The position numbers and the translations under genes are program-made. The notes beneath the pieces were generated by a model. That model made no database searches. It was not told the DNA's origin and was given only the letters and a program-made list of their open reading frames with translations. Below, one piece after another: positions 22,421 through 32,995 of a stretch of 64,000 nt of DNA. The number at the start of each line of letters is the position of its first letter. Positions within the stretch are counted from its first letter, which is position 1. The DNA is taken from NCBI GenBank assembly GCA_964641795.1, contig CAZXLI010000003.1, forward strand, positions 4,766-68,765, given 5' to 3'. Origin of the DNA: an uncultured Bordetella sp. (GTDB taxonomy: Bacteria > Pseudomonadota > Gammaproteobacteria > Burkholderiales > Burkholderiaceae_C).

Positions 22421-23788
22421 TCACGCGCGCCGCGCGAGCGCCGCCGCCAGCCCGGTGTAGCGGGCCGGCGTCATCGCCAGCAGCCGCGTCTTTTCGGCGT
22501 CAGGCAGGGCCAGCGCGGCGATGAAGCCCTGCATCAGCTCGCGCGTCATCGGCTGGCCGCGGGTGAACTTCTTCAGCTGCTCGTAGGGCTCGGGCAGGCC
22601 GTGGCGGCGCATCACGGTCTGGATCGCCTCGGCCATCACTTCCCAGGCCTCGTCGAGGTCGCTGGCCAGCGCCTGCAGGTTCACTTCCAGCTTGTCCAGG
22701 CCCTTGGCCAGCGAATCGAGGCCCAGCACCGCGTAGCCGATCGCCACGCCCATGTTGCGCAGCACGGTGCTGTCGGTCAGGTCGCGCTGCCAGCGGCTGA
22801 CCGGCAGCTTCTGGCTCAGGTGCGCGAGCAGCGCATTGGCCAGGCCGAAGTTGCCCTCGGCGTTCTCGAAGTCGATCGGGTTGACCTTGTGCGGCATCGT
22901 CGACGAGCCGACCTCGCCTTCCTTCAGCCGCTGCTTGAAGTAGCCCAGCGAGATGTAGCCCCAGACGTCGCGCGACCAGTCGATCAGGATGGTGTCGCAG
23001 CGGGTGATCGCGTCGAACAGCTCGGCCATGTAGTCGTGTGGCTCGATCTGGATCGTGAACGGGTTGAACGACAGCCCCAGGCGCTGCTCGACGACCTTGC
23101 GGCTGAAGGCTTCCCAGTCGAAATCCGGGTAGGCCGCCAGGTGCGCGTTGTAGTTGCCCACCGCGCCGTTCATCTTGGCCAGCAGCGCGACGCCGGCGAT
23201 CGCGTGGCGCGCCTTGCTCAGCCGCGCGACGACGTTGGCGACCTCCTTGCCCACCGTGGTGGGGCTGGCGGTCTGGCCGTGGGTGCGGCTGAGCATCGGC
23301 ACCTCGGCCAGCGCCTGGGCCATCCGGCGCAGCCGCTCGATCACGCCGTCGATGGCCGGCAGCAGCACCTGCTCGCGCGCGCTCTTGAGCATCAGCGCGT
23401 GGCTGGTGTTGTTGATGTCCTCGCTGGTGCAGGCGAAGTGCACGAACTCGGCTGCGGCTTCCAGGTCGGCATGGCCCTTGAACTTCGACTTCAGCCAGTA
23501 CTCCACCGCCTTGACGTCGTGGTTGGTGGTCTTCTCGATGTCCTTGATGGCCCGCGCATCGGTCTCGCTGAAGCGCAGCACCAGCGAACGCAGGTAGCCG
23601 CGCGAGGCCTCGGCCAGTGGCTTGAGTTCTTCGAAGCCGGCATCGGTGAGCGCGATGAACCACTCGACCTCGACCTGCACGCGGCGGTGCATCAGGCCGA
23701 ATTCGGACAGCAGCGGGCGCAGCGCCGTCATGCGGCCGGCATAGCGGCCGTCCAGCGGCGACAGGGCGGAGAGGGTGGAGATCGACAT
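22421..23788 (-). CDS. purB: Adenylosuccinate lyase
   Basis: ALSPLDGRY, TNHDVKAVEY, HFACTSEDIN, SSTMPHKVNPIDFEN. Confidence 0.97.
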   Translation of the reverse strand: MSISTLSALSPLDGRYAGRMTALRPLLSEFGLMHRRVQVEVEWFIALTDAGFEELKPLAEASRGYLRSLVLRFSETDARAIKDIEKTTNHDVKAVEYWLKSKFKGHADLEAAAEFVHFACTSEDINNTSHALMLKSAREQVLLPAIDGVIERLRRMAQALAEVPMLSRTHGQTASPTTVGKEVANVVARLSKARHAIAGVALLAKMNGAVGNYNAHLAAYPDFDWEAFSRKVVEQRLGLSFNPFTIQIEPHDYMAELFDAITRCDTILIDWSRDVWGYISLGYFKQRLKEGEVGSSTMPHKVNPIDFENAEGNFGLANALLAHLSQKLPVSRWQRDLTDSTVLRNMGVAIGYAVLGLDSLAKGLDKLEVNLQALASDLDEAWEVMAEAIQTVMRRHGLPEPYEQLKKFTRGQPMTRELMQGFIAALALPDAEKTRLLAMTPARYTGLAAALARRA

Positions 23789-24076
23789 GGCAGGCGGGCG
23801 TCGCGGCGCGATGGCTGCGAAGGGCAGCGCGCGCCGGCGGCGGGCAAAAGGCGGGAAAGTCCGCGATTTTAGGGTGGCAGAGCGCCTCCCTGGTTCGGTG
23901 ACCTCAAGCAGGGTGCCGGCGGCGTGCGACTCCACACCATGCCGCCCCACGAACCCTAGGCAACAACTGGAGCAGCCACGCGCCGGGTCCGGTCGGAAAG
24001 CAACCGCGCATGGACCTTCGCACTCGCGCGCTCACACGTCTGCACACGCACATGCGCAGCGCCGCCGCTGCCGGCG

Positions 24077-24502
24077 TCAGCGCGGCGACAGCACCGCCAT
24101 CGTCAGCCGCGACACGCAGGTCGGTTGTCCCGCGTCGTTGACCAGGTCGATCTGCCACACCTGCGTGCTGCGGCCGATGTGGAGGGCGCGTGCGGTGCCG
24201 GTCACCCAGCCTGAGGTGACGCTGCGCAGGTGGTTGGCATTGATGTCCAGCCCGACCACCTGGTGGCCCTCGGCGGCGGCCCAGGCGGCGCCGCAGGAGC
24301 CCAGCGTCTCGGCCAGCACCACCGAGATGCCGCCGTGCAGGATGCCGGCCGGCTGCTTGGTGCGCCCATCCACCGGCGCGCGCGCCACGAGGTGGTCGTC
24401 GCCGACCGCGAGGAACTCGATGCCCAGGTGCTCGACCGTGGTGCCGATGTGCAGGCGGGTGAGGATCTCGACCGAGAGCGGGCGTTTCCAGAGCAGCGGC
24501 AT
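24077..24502 (-). CDS. Hotdog-fold thioesterase (PaaI/MenI-like)
   Basis: QPAGILHGGISVVLAETLGS, GLDINANH, GRSTQVW. Confidence 0.92.
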   Translation of the reverse strand: MPLLWKRPLSVEILTRLHIGTTVEHLGIEFLAVGDDHLVARAPVDGRTKQPAGILHGGISVVLAETLGSCGAAWAAAEGHQVVGLDINANHLRSVTSGWVTGTARALHIGRSTQVWQIDLVNDAGQPTCVSRLTMAVLSPR

Positions 24503-24584
24503 GGTGGGCAGGGGCGACGACGGGGATGGCGCCGATTCTGGCCGAGCCCCGCATGCGGGCCGCCTGGGGCCGGCCCAAACCCCT

Positions 24585-26150
24585 TCAGGCCGGCTGCGGC
24601 AGCTTGAACACCCCCACCAGGGCTTCCAGCCGGCCGGCCTGCTCGCGCAGCCCGGCGGCGGCCGCCGCCGACTGCTCCACCAGCGCGGCGTTCTGCTGCG
24701 TCAGCCGGTCGAGCTGGCGCACCGCGGCGTTGACGCGCTGCATCTCCTGGCTCTGCTCGGACACCGAGCTGGCCAGCCCCTGCATCACGCCGGAGACCGA
24801 CTGCGCGGCCTGCACCACGCGGCCCATGGTGGCGCCGGCGGCCTGGGCCTGCGCCGCGCCCTGCTGCACCTGGCCACTGGCCTGCTGCACCAGCGCCTTG
24901 ATCTGCGCGGCCGATTCGGCCACGCGCATCGACAGCCCGCGCACCTCCTGCGCCACCACCGCGAAGCCGCGGCCCTGGTCGCCCGCGCGCGCCGCCTCGA
25001 CGCCGGCATTGAGCGCCAGGATGTTGGTGCGCCGTGCGATGCCGTCCACCACCTCGACGATCTCGGCGATGCGCCGCGACGACGCCTGGATCTCGGCCAT
25101 CAGCGCGATCACCGCGTCCACGCTCTGCCCGCCCTGGTGCGTGGCTTGCGCGGCCTGCACCGCCAGCTCGCCGGCCGAGCGCGCGCTGCTGGCGCTGTCC
25201 ACCAGCTGCGCATTGAGGTTGTCCATGCCGCTGGCCGCGGCTTCCAGCCCCGAGGCGGTGGTCTCGGTGCGGCTGGAGAGGTCGAGGTTGCCGGCGGCGA
25301 TCTCGCTCGACGCGGTGGCGACGAAGCCGGCCGTCTCGCGGATGCCGCGCACGATGTCGCGCAGGCCTTGCTGCATCTCGGCCAGCGCGCGCATCAGCTC
25401 GGCGGTCTCGTCGCGGCCGCTGTCGGCGATGTCGACCGACAGCTCGCCGCGGGCGATGCGCGCGGCCACCTCGCGCGAGCGCACCAGCGGCAGCAGGATC
25501 GAGCGCATCGTCGCCCACAGCAGCGGCAGCAGCAGCAGCAGGGCCAGCGGCGCCAGCAGCGCCAGCGCGCGGCGGCTGGCGGCATTGCGCGCGGCGATGG
25601 CCTCGGTGAGCGCGGCGCCGCTGGCATCGAGCCGCTGGCCGGCCTGCGCCAGCAGCTGCTCGGCCTGCCGCACCTTGTCATGCGCGCCCTCGAGCGCGCG
25701 CTTGCCTTCGGCCACCGAGCGCAGCTGGCCCTGGGCCACCGCGTCGAACACCGGCTGCACCTGCAGCCGCCAGGCCGTCAGCAGCGCCAGCGCCGGGCCG
25801 ATGGCCTGCGGCTCCTGCGCCGCCAGTTCGGACGGCAGCAGCGCCAGCGGCTCGCGCGCGCGGGCCAGCAGCAGCAGGCCGCGCTCGGCATGGCGCTTCG
25901 CGTCGTCGGGCATCGCGTAGTTGATGACGACATCGGTCTCGTCGAAGGCCAGCAGCTGGCCCAGCGCCTCGCGCGAGCGGTTCACTGCCACCACCAGCGG
26001 CAGGTGCTGCTGCGCGAAGCCGCTGAAATCCTCCTGTGCCCGCGCCATCGCGCGCCAGCCCATGCCGCCCAGCAGCAGCAGCGTCGCGGCACTCAGCACG
26101 ATGGCGAGGTTCATCCGCATCCTGATCGACATCCTGCGCAACAGCTCCAT
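24585..26150 (-). CDS. Methyl-accepting chemotaxis protein (four-helix-bundle sensor)
   Basis: Two TMs, [30 protein letters not shown]. Confidence 0.93.
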   Translation of the reverse strand: MELLRRMSIRMRMNLAIVLSAATLLLLGGMGWRAMARAQEDFSGFAQQHLPLVVAVNRSREALGQLLAFDETDVVINYAMPDDAKRHAERGLLLLARAREPLALLPSELAAQEPQAIGPALALLTAWRLQVQPVFDAVAQGQLRSVAEGKRALEGAHDKVRQAEQLLAQAGQRLDASGAALTEAIAARNAASRRALALLAPLALLLLLPLLWATMRSILLPLVRSREVAARIARGELSVDIADSGRDETAELMRALAEMQQGLRDIVRGIRETAGFVATASSEIAAGNLDLSSRTETTASGLEAAASGMDNLNAQLVDSASSARSAGELAVQAAQATHQGGQSVDAVIALMAEIQASSRRIAEIVEVVDGIARRTNILALNAGVEAARAGDQGRGFAVVAQEVRGLSMRVAESAAQIKALVQQASGQVQQGAAQAQAAGATMGRVVQAAQSVSGVMQGLASSVSEQSQEMQRVNAAVRQLDRLTQQNAALVEQSAAAAAGLREQAGRLEALVGVFKLPQPA

Positions 26151-26269
26151 ACCGACCTCTCTCGATGATCACGCGCACGGCAGAAGGCCGCGTCTTTTGT
26201 GTGTCAGCTCCCCGACGTCCCGATTCCGCTCAACTCGCCGCGACCCGCCGCGATCCGCCTGCGGGCGGG

Positions 26270-27316
26270 TCAGGCCGCGGCCACCACGGACACGCCGTGC
26301 CCGGCCAGGGTCAGGCTCACCGGCGCGCCCGGCGCCAGTGGCGTGCGCACGTCGGGCGAGACGACGAAGATCTCGCCCAGCGTGGTGGCAAAGGTGTATT
26401 CCATGACGCTGCCCAGGTAGGTGCGCTTGATCAGCCGCGCGGCCAGCCCTTCGCGCGTGGCCGGGCCGATGTCCCAGGCCTCGGGCCGCACAGCGACCTT
26501 CACCCGGCCGGCGCGCACCGCGCGCGCGGCCTGCACCACCAGCGGCCCCAGCCGCGTCAGCCCCTGCTCGTCGCACTCGCCATCGAACAGCATCGCCTCG
26601 CCCATGAAGCCGGCGACGAACTCGCTGGACGGCGCCTCGTACAGCTCGTGCGGCGTGCCCTGTTGCGCGATGACGCCGCGGTCCATCACGATGATGTGGT
26701 CGCTGACCGCCAGCGCCTCGCTCTGGTCGTGCGTGACGTAGGCCACCGTCAGCGACAGCCGCTGCTGCAGCGCGCGGATCTCCTCGCGCATCGAGCGCCG
26801 CAGCCGCGCGTCCAGGTTCGACAGCGGCTCGTCGAACAGCAGCACCGCCGGCTCCAGCGCCAGCGCGCGTGCCAGCGCCACGCGCTGCTGCTGCCCGCCC
26901 GACAGTTCGCTGGGCATGCGCTGGTCCAGGCCGCTCAGCCCCACCGTCTCGAGCATCGCGCGGGCCTTCGCGGCGGCGGCGTCCTTGGGCTGGCCGGACA
27001 TGCGCAGGCCGTAGCAGACGTTGTCCAGCACGCTCATGTGCGGGAACAGCGCGTAGCTCTGGAACACCAGGCTCACGTTGCGCTGCGCCGGCCCCAGCGT
27101 GGTGACGTCCTGCCCGTCGATGAAGATCTGCCCGCCGCTCGGGCTTTCCAGCCCGGCGATCATGCGCAGCGTGGTGGTCTTGCCGCAGCCCGAGGGGCCG
27201 AGGATGGTGGTCAGCGTGCCGCGCGGCACGCCGAAGCTGATGTGGTCGACCACCAGCGGCGCGCTGCTGGCGCTGCCGTAGCGCTTGCTGACCTGCCTGA
27301 ATTCGATGCCGTACAT
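26270..27316 (-). CDS. ABC transporter ATP-binding subunit (AfuC/FbpC-like)
   Basis: GPSGCGKT, LSGGQQQR, LLFDEPLSNLD, C-terminal TOBE. Confidence 0.93.
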   Translation of the reverse strand: MYGIEFRQVSKRYGSASSAPLVVDHISFGVPRGTLTTILGPSGCGKTTTLRMIAGLESPSGGQIFIDGQDVTTLGPAQRNVSLVFQSYALFPHMSVLDNVCYGLRMSGQPKDAAAAKARAMLETVGLSGLDQRMPSELSGGQQQRVALARALALEPAVLLFDEPLSNLDARLRRSMREEIRALQQRLSLTVAYVTHDQSEALAVSDHIIVMDRGVIAQQGTPHELYEAPSSEFVAGFMGEAMLFDGECDEQGLTRLGPLVVQAARAVRAGRVKVAVRPEAWDIGPATREGLAARLIKRTYLGSVMEYTFATTLGEIFVVSPDVRTPLAPGAPVSLTLAGHGVSVVAAA

Positions 27317-27351
27317 CGCGGATGCGTCCTTGTGGGGGGTCTGGAAGGGGG

Positions 27352-29568
27352 TCAGTGTCGCGCGGTCACCCGGCGGCGGCCCAGCTGGCGGTCGCCGACG
27401 ATCCACTGGATCGCCGCGGTGGCCAGCGCCATCAGCACGATCAACGCGGTGCTGTAGGCCAGCGCCACGCCGTAGTCGCCCTGGCCGACGCGGCCGATGA
27501 TGAAGGTGGTGGCCAGCTCGGTTTCGGCCGTTACCAGGAAGATCACCGCCGAGACGGTGGTCATGCTGCGCACGAAGCCGTACACCAGCGAGGCGGTGAC
27601 CGCCGGCTTCAGCAGCGGCAGCACCACCTGCCACAGCGTGCGCGCGGTGCTGGCGCGCAGCATCATCGAGGCCTCGTCGAGCGACTTGTCCAGCTGCTTG
27701 AAGGCCGCCGCGCCGGCGCGCACGCCCACCGGCAGGTTGCGGAACATGAAGCACAGCACGATGATCAGGCCGCTGCCGGTCAGCTCGAACGGCGGTACGT
27801 TGAAGGCCAGGATGTAGCTCACGCCCAGCACCGTGCCCGGGATCGCGAAGGCCATCAGCGCCGCGAACTCGAACAGCCCCTGGCCGCGGAACTGCGTGCG
27901 CGCCAGCAGCCAGGCGATCAACAGCCCAATGCCCGAAGTGAGCGGCGCCGCGGCGGCCGCCAGCTTCACCGTGTTCCACAGCGAGGGCCAGGCCGCGCCG
28001 GTGAAACTCAGGCCCTCGGGTCCGAAGCCGATGCCGAAGGCGGTGTGCAGGTGCGCCAGCGTGGGCGTGTAGTCGCGGCCCCAGGTCTGCACGAAGCCGC
28101 CGCTGAAGGCGAAGGCATAGACCACCGCGGTGAAGGCCAGCCAGGGCAGCGCCACCGCCATCGCCACGCGGCGCAGGCCGGTGGGCAGGCGCATCGGCAC
28201 GCCGGCATCGCCCTTGCCCGACACGGTGGTGTAGCTGCGCTTGCCGACCACGCCGCGCTGCAGCGCGAACACGCCCAGCGCGAACAGCGTCAGCAGCCAG
28301 GCCAGCGTGGCGGCGCGGCCCTGGTCGAACTGCGCGCCGACGATGGCGAAGAAGATCTCGGTGGACAGCACCGAGAACTGGCCGCCGACGACGATCGGGT
28401 TGCCGAAGTCGGCGATGCTCTCGATGAAGCCTTCCAGGAAGGCATTCGCCAGGCCGGGGCGGATCAGCGGGAAGGTGACGTGCCAGAAGGTGCGGCTGGT
28501 GCTGGCGCGCAGCGTCTGCGAGGCCTCCTCCAGCGACGGGCTCACGCCCTGCACGACGCCGCGCATGATCATGAACGCGATCGGCGTGAACGCGAACAGC
28601 TGCGCCAGCCAGACGCCGAAGGCGCCGTAGAACCAGCGCCCCGGCGGCACGCCGAACCAGGCTTCGAGCGCCTGGTTCACCAGCCCTGCGCGGCCGAACA
28701 GCAGGATCAGGCCGAGGCCGACGACGAACGGCGGCGTGATGATCGGCAGCGGCGCCAGCACGCGCAGCACGCCGCGCAGCTTCGAATCGCTGCGGTCCTC
28801 GATCAGCGCCAGCAGCGTGCCCAGCACCGTGGTGCCGGCACCGGCCAGCGCGGCCATGAACAGCGTGTTCCAGGCCACGCCGCAACGCGTGCCGCCGGCC
28901 AGGCAGGACAGGCCCCAGATGCGTTCGCTGGCCAGCCGCGCGAAGGCCGCGCCGAAATCGAGCCGGCCCGCTTCGTTGACGAACGCGCTGCCCAGCGCGG
29001 TGAACACCGGGTAGGCGACGAACAGCAGCAGCAAGGCGCCGCTGAGCGTGACCGCGGCGGCGACGAACAGGTCGCCGCGGAAGGCACCGGAGCGGGCGAT
29101 GCCGAAGGCGCCGAGCATCAGCAGCGCTGCCAGCACCGCGGTGGCGCCGAGCCCGAAGCCGGGCTGGCCCTGCGCCAGGCCCAGCGCGGCCGGCACCGCA
29201 CCGCCGGCCGCGGCGATCGTGAATCCCTGCGTCAGCACCAGCAGCGCGCCACCGAAGCCGGCGGCCATCAGGCCCCAGCCCTGGCGGCGCGACGGTTGCC
29301 GCGTGGCGCACAGCAGCGCGCCGGCCAGCGCCAGTGCCGCGCCGCCGAGCCAGGGCCGGTGGTGCAGCAGCGTCTGCCACAGGCCGGAGGCGCTGTCGTG
29401 GCCGCCCACCAGTTCGGCCAGGCCGCGCAGGCCGGGCAGGCCGTCGGGCAGCGTGTGCCAGGGCAGCAGCGCGAAGGCCAGCAGGCCCAGCAGCGACCAC
29501 AGCCGGATCGCGGCGTTCGAATGCATCGTCATGGCGCGCATCGGGTGCAGCGTTGTCATGCGGGCCAT
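27352..29568 (-). CDS. ABC transporter permease (AfuB/FbpB-like, two EAA loops)
   Basis: LEEASQTLRAS and LDEASMMLRAS loops, SIADFGNP. Start coupled to the upstream stop. Confidence 0.92.
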   Translation of the reverse strand: MARMTTLHPMRAMTMHSNAAIRLWSLLGLLAFALLPWHTLPDGLPGLRGLAELVGGHDSASGLWQTLLHHRPWLGGAALALAGALLCATRQPSRRQGWGLMAAGFGGALLVLTQGFTIAAAGGAVPAALGLAQGQPGFGLGATAVLAALLMLGAFGIARSGAFRGDLFVAAAVTLSGALLLLFVAYPVFTALGSAFVNEAGRLDFGAAFARLASERIWGLSCLAGGTRCGVAWNTLFMAALAGAGTTVLGTLLALIEDRSDSKLRGVLRVLAPLPIITPPFVVGLGLILLFGRAGLVNQALEAWFGVPPGRWFYGAFGVWLAQLFAFTPIAFMIMRGVVQGVSPSLEEASQTLRASTSRTFWHVTFPLIRPGLANAFLEGFIESIADFGNPIVVGGQFSVLSTEIFFAIVGAQFDQGRAATLAWLLTLFALGVFALQRGVVGKRSYTTVSGKGDAGVPMRLPTGLRRVAMAVALPWLAFTAVVYAFAFSGGFVQTWGRDYTPTLAHLHTAFGIGFGPEGLSFTGAAWPSLWNTVKLAAAAAPLTSGIGLLIAWLLARTQFRGQGLFEFAALMAFAIPGTVLGVSYILAFNVPPFELTGSGLIIVLCFMFRNLPVGVRAGAAAFKQLDKSLDEASMMLRASTARTLWQVVLPLLKPAVTASLVYGFVRSMTTVSAVIFLVTAETELATTFIIGRVGQGDYGVALAYSTALIVLMALATAAIQWIVGDRQLGRRRVTARH

Positions 29569-30596
29569 CAGTGCGGCAGCGAGTTGACTTCGCGCTCCCA
29601 GCGCTCGATCAGCCGCTTGCGTTCGGCCGACTTGCCGTACTTCGCGTAGTCGTAGCTGATGAACCTGATCTTGCGGAAGTCGGGGATGCGGCTGTCCAGC
29701 GGCGTGGCCTTGTTCGAGGGCAGCTGGAACTGCTTGGCCGCCGCGCCGAACTGCTGTGCCGCCGGCGTCAGCGCCCATTCGTAGAACTTCTTCGCGGCTT
29801 CGGGGTTGCGCGCGCCCTTGATGATCGACATCGAGCCGATCTCGGCGCCGGTGCCTTCGCAGGGCGTGCTGGTGGCCAGCGGGAAGCCCTGCATCTGCTC
29901 GCCCGGCGCGTCGTGCACGAAGCTGATCGACACCGCCGTCTCGCCGCGCGCGGCGGCCTTGATCGGCCCGGTGCCCGAGCGCGTGTACTGGCTGACGTTG
30001 CGGTGCAGCGCCTTCAGGTAGTCGAAGGCCTTGTCTTCGCCCATCAGCTGCACCAGCGTGGCCACCATCGTGTACGCGGTGCCCGAGCTGTTGGGGTTGG
30101 CCACCTGCACCTCGCCCTTGTAGGCCGGCTCGGCCAGGTCCTTCCAGCATTTGGGCGCGGCCAGCTTCTTCTTGGCCAGCAGTTCGGTGTTGAACGCGAA
30201 GCCCAGCGGCCCCGAGTACACGCCCACCGTGCGCCAGCCCGACTGCTGCGCCTGCTGCTGCGCCCACGGCTGCAGCTGCGGCAGCGAGGGCGACTTGTAT
30301 TCGACCGTCAGGTCCAGCTCGGCGGCCTGCAGGTGCGGGTCGCCGGTGCCGCCGAACCAGACGTCGGTCTTCGGGTTCGCGCGCTCGGCGATCAGCTGGG
30401 CCAGCGCCTCGCCGCTGCCGCGCTTGACCATGTTGACCTTGATGCCGCTGCTCTTGGCGAAGGTGGTGGCGATCAGGCTGCACCATTCGTCCTGCACCGA
30501 GCAGATCAGGTTCAGGCTGCCGCCGTCCTGCGCGGCGGCGCCGCCGGCAGCGGCGGCCAGCACCAGGGTCAGCAGCAGGGGTCTTGTCGTCGTCAT
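29568..30596 (-). CDS. ABC substrate-binding protein (AfuA-like, sugar-phosphate/Fe3+ family)
   Basis: Signal peptide, DVWFGGTGDPHLQAA, ANPNSSGTAY, FVHD, PCEGTGAEIG. Confidence 0.88.
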   Translation of the reverse strand: MTTTRPLLLTLVLAAAAGGAAAQDGGSLNLICSVQDEWCSLIATTFAKSSGIKVNMVKRGSGEALAQLIAERANPKTDVWFGGTGDPHLQAAELDLTVEYKSPSLPQLQPWAQQQAQQSGWRTVGVYSGPLGFAFNTELLAKKKLAAPKCWKDLAEPAYKGEVQVANPNSSGTAYTMVATLVQLMGEDKAFDYLKALHRNVSQYTRSGTGPIKAAARGETAVSISFVHDAPGEQMQGFPLATSTPCEGTGAEIGSMSIIKGARNPEAAKKFYEWALTPAAQQFGAAAKQFQLPSNKATPLDSRIPDFRKIRFISYDYAKYGKSAERKRLIERWEREVNSLPH

Positions 30597-30690
30597 GAGG
30601 TTCTCCATCGGGCAAAGCGCCGCCTCGGCCGGCCGATCCAGCGGATCGCGGCCATCGTTTTCACAGGTTAGGGAATGCGCTGCCGGCGGC

Positions 30691-32046
30691 TCAGGGTCCC
30701 TGGCCCCAGGCCACTACCGCGTCGACGCCGATCACCTCGCCGTGCGCCGTGCGGTTGTAGAGCTCCGCGGTGGCGCCCATCGATTCGGCGATCTGCCGGC
30801 AGATCGACAGGCCCAGCCCCACGCCGCCCTGGCTGGCGGCAAAGGGGTGGAACAGGCGCGGGCGCAGCGCGTCGTCGATGCCCGGGCCCTCGTCCCAGAC
30901 GATCAGCTCGAGCTGCTGCGCGCCCTGGCGCAGCACGATGCCCACGCGGCCGCCCGGCGGCGCGTGGTGGATCGCGTTGGCCAGCAGGTTGCGCACCAGC
31001 TCGCCGAGCATGGTGGCGTCGGCCGGTGCCCACAGCGTGGCCTCGTCGAGCGCGAAGTCGATGCGCTTGGCGGCGATCAGCGGCGAGAGCTCGAGCACCG
31101 CCTCCAGCGCCACCGCGCGCACGTCGATGGTCTTCAACTCGCCGCGGCGCTTGAGCTGCTCGAGCTTGGTCAGGCTCAGCAGCTGGTTCACCAGGCCGGT
31201 GGCGCGGTCCACGGTGTGCAGCATCTGCGGCAGCGCCTCGGCCGGCGCGGTGTCGCCGGCGATCGCCGCCTGCAGCTGCGTGCGCAGCACCGCCATCGGC
31301 GTGCGCAGCTGGTGCGAGGCATCGGCCAGGAAGCGGCGCTGCTCGTCGACCCAGTGGTGCTGCTGCGCATAGAACTGCTGCATGCGCTCGACCACCGGCT
31401 GCAGTTCGCTGGGGCCTTCATAACGCGCCAGAGGCTCGGCGGGACCATCGAGGGCCTGCTGAACGCGGGCCAGCCAGCGCGTCGCCAGCGCGACGCCGCC
31501 GACGATGACCGCTGCCAGCGCGGCGGCCGCGGCGTACAGCGGCGCCAGCCCGCTGGACCACAGCGCCGCGGCGCCGGGCAGGCGCTCGACCCAGGGTGCG
31601 GCGGTTTGCAGCAGCACCGGCTGCGCGCCACCGTCGCCCGGCCGCAGCCGCACCGCGGCGGCCACGCGCATCAGCCGGCCCTGCCGTTCGCCGATGTAGA
31701 ACGCCGCCGCGCCGCCCGGTACCAGCGCGCTGCGCCAGGGGCAGGGGACGAGCGTGGCGTCGCCGACCAGCCAGTCACCGTTCATCGCACTGATCCGATA
31801 GCTGGGCACGCCGGGGTCCGGCAGGGCGGCGGGCAGCGGCGCGTCGGCCTGCTGCACGCGGGCCGCCAGCGCCCACAGCGCCGCGGCCAGCCGCTCGTCC
31901 TGCGCCTGCGCCAGCGCGTGCTGCTGCCAGCCGGCCAGCAGCGCGGTGGCCAGCAGCAGCACCCCCGCCAGCCCGCCCAGCAGCCACAGCAGCAGGAAGC
32001 GGCGCAGAGAACCTGCGAAGAGCCAGGCGCGCAGCCATCGCGTCAC
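30691..32046 (-). CDS. Sensor histidine kinase (TctE/QseC-like)
   Basis: FLADASHQLRTP, NLLANAI, DEGPGI, GVGLGL. GTG start overlaps the regulator stop. Confidence 0.88.
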   Translation of the reverse strand: MTRWLRAWLFAGSLRRFLLLWLLGGLAGVLLLATALLAGWQQHALAQAQDERLAAALWALAARVQQADAPLPAALPDPGVPSYRISAMNGDWLVGDATLVPCPWRSALVPGGAAAFYIGERQGRLMRVAAAVRLRPGDGGAQPVLLQTAAPWVERLPGAAALWSSGLAPLYAAAAALAAVIVGGVALATRWLARVQQALDGPAEPLARYEGPSELQPVVERMQQFYAQQHHWVDEQRRFLADASHQLRTPMAVLRTQLQAAIAGDTAPAEALPQMLHTVDRATGLVNQLLSLTKLEQLKRRGELKTIDVRAVALEAVLELSPLIAAKRIDFALDEATLWAPADATMLGELVRNLLANAIHHAPPGGRVGIVLRQGAQQLELIVWDEGPGIDDALRPRLFHPFAASQGGVGLGLSICRQIAESMGATAELYNRTAHGEVIGVDAVVAWGQGP

Positions 32047-32732
32047 CTCGCGCCCCGCTGCGTGGCCGCCCTGCTGGCGTCGTCGCACAGCAGGTAGCCC
32101 ACGCCGCGCAGCGTCAGGATCTCGACCTTGGTGCCGACCAGCTTCTTGCGCAGGCGGTGCACCAGCACCTCCACCGCATCGGCCTGCACCGGCTCGCCGC
32201 CGAACACGGTGGCCAGCAGCGCTTCCTTGGTGACGCCGCGGTCGACCGAGGACATCAGCGCCTTCAGCAGTTCGCGCTCGCGCGGCGACAGCTCCAGCGG
32301 GCTGGCATGGCAGTAGAACAGGCCGCTGCGCGCTTCATAGTGCAGCAGGCCGCAGCGCAGGTCGCCGTCGCGGCCGAGGCGGCGTGTCATCGCCTGCAGC
32401 CGGGCGACCAGTTCTTCCAGGTCGAAGGGCTTGGCCAGGTAGTCGTCGGCACCGGCCTGCAGCCCGGCCACGCGCTCGTTCACCGCGCCGCGGGCGGTGA
32501 GCACCAGCACCGGCGTGCGGTTGCCGTCGTCGCGCAGGCGGCGCAGCACCTCCAGGCCGTCGAGCTGCGGCAGCGTCAGGTCGAGCACGGCGACGTCGAA
32601 GCTGCGCTTGCGCAGCAGCATCAGCGCCTCGCGGCCGTCGGCGCAGCACAGCACCTCGTAGCCGCGCTGCACCAGGCTGCGGCTGAGTGCCCCGGACAGA
32701 TCGAAATCGTCCTCGACCATCAGCAGTTTCAT
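32043..32732 (-). CDS. Response regulator (TctD/QseB-like, OmpR family)
   Basis: MKLLMVEDD, LDLTLP, GADDYLAKPF, VEVLVHRLRKKL, TLRGVGY. Confidence 0.92.
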   Translation of the reverse strand: MKLLMVEDDFDLSGALSRSLVQRGYEVLCCADGREALMLLRKRSFDVAVLDLTLPQLDGLEVLRRLRDDGNRTPVLVLTARGAVNERVAGLQAGADDYLAKPFDLEELVARLQAMTRRLGRDGDLRCGLLHYEARSGLFYCHASPLELSPRERELLKALMSSVDRGVTKEALLATVFGGEPVQADAVEVLVHRLRKKLVGTKVEILTLRGVGYLLCDDASRAATQRGAR

Positions 32733-32944
32733 GTCAGCGCCGCCGGGCCGCCCCATAGGCGCTGACGCGCCCCTCGGGGCAGCGAACGAAGTGAGTCTGG
32801 GACTTCATGACGCCATCGTGGCACGCGGCGGCGCCTGCGGCCACGGGACAAGCACCACGGCGCGGTGAAAGCTGGCCGAAAGGCCGGCGGCTTTCAGTTC
32901 GCCTTCGCCAGGGCTGCGTGTCGATACCGGCTTGCGAAACGCCG

Positions 32945-32959
32945 TGTATCAACGATACC
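32945..32959. promoter_or_regulatory. Operator candidate TGTATC-AAC-GATACC
   Basis: Near-palindrome. The same motif recurs at 37008-37022. Confidence 0.55.
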
Positions 32960-32995
32960 TTGGGGCACCGGTCTCAGCCGGACAAGGAGTCGTTG

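Noticed and set aside
23945-23970. ykkC/guanidine- or PRPP-type riboswitch upstream of purB (CTAGGGTTC on the minus strand)
   Set aside because: Only a short match. The downstream conserved elements are not visible, and the segment lies upstream of the likely purB -10.
26270-30615. Apparent 1076-aa and 1087-aa fusion ORFs in the ABC cluster
   Set aside because: These are upstream stop-free extensions. The real genes start at 27316 and 29568 with normal domain boundaries.
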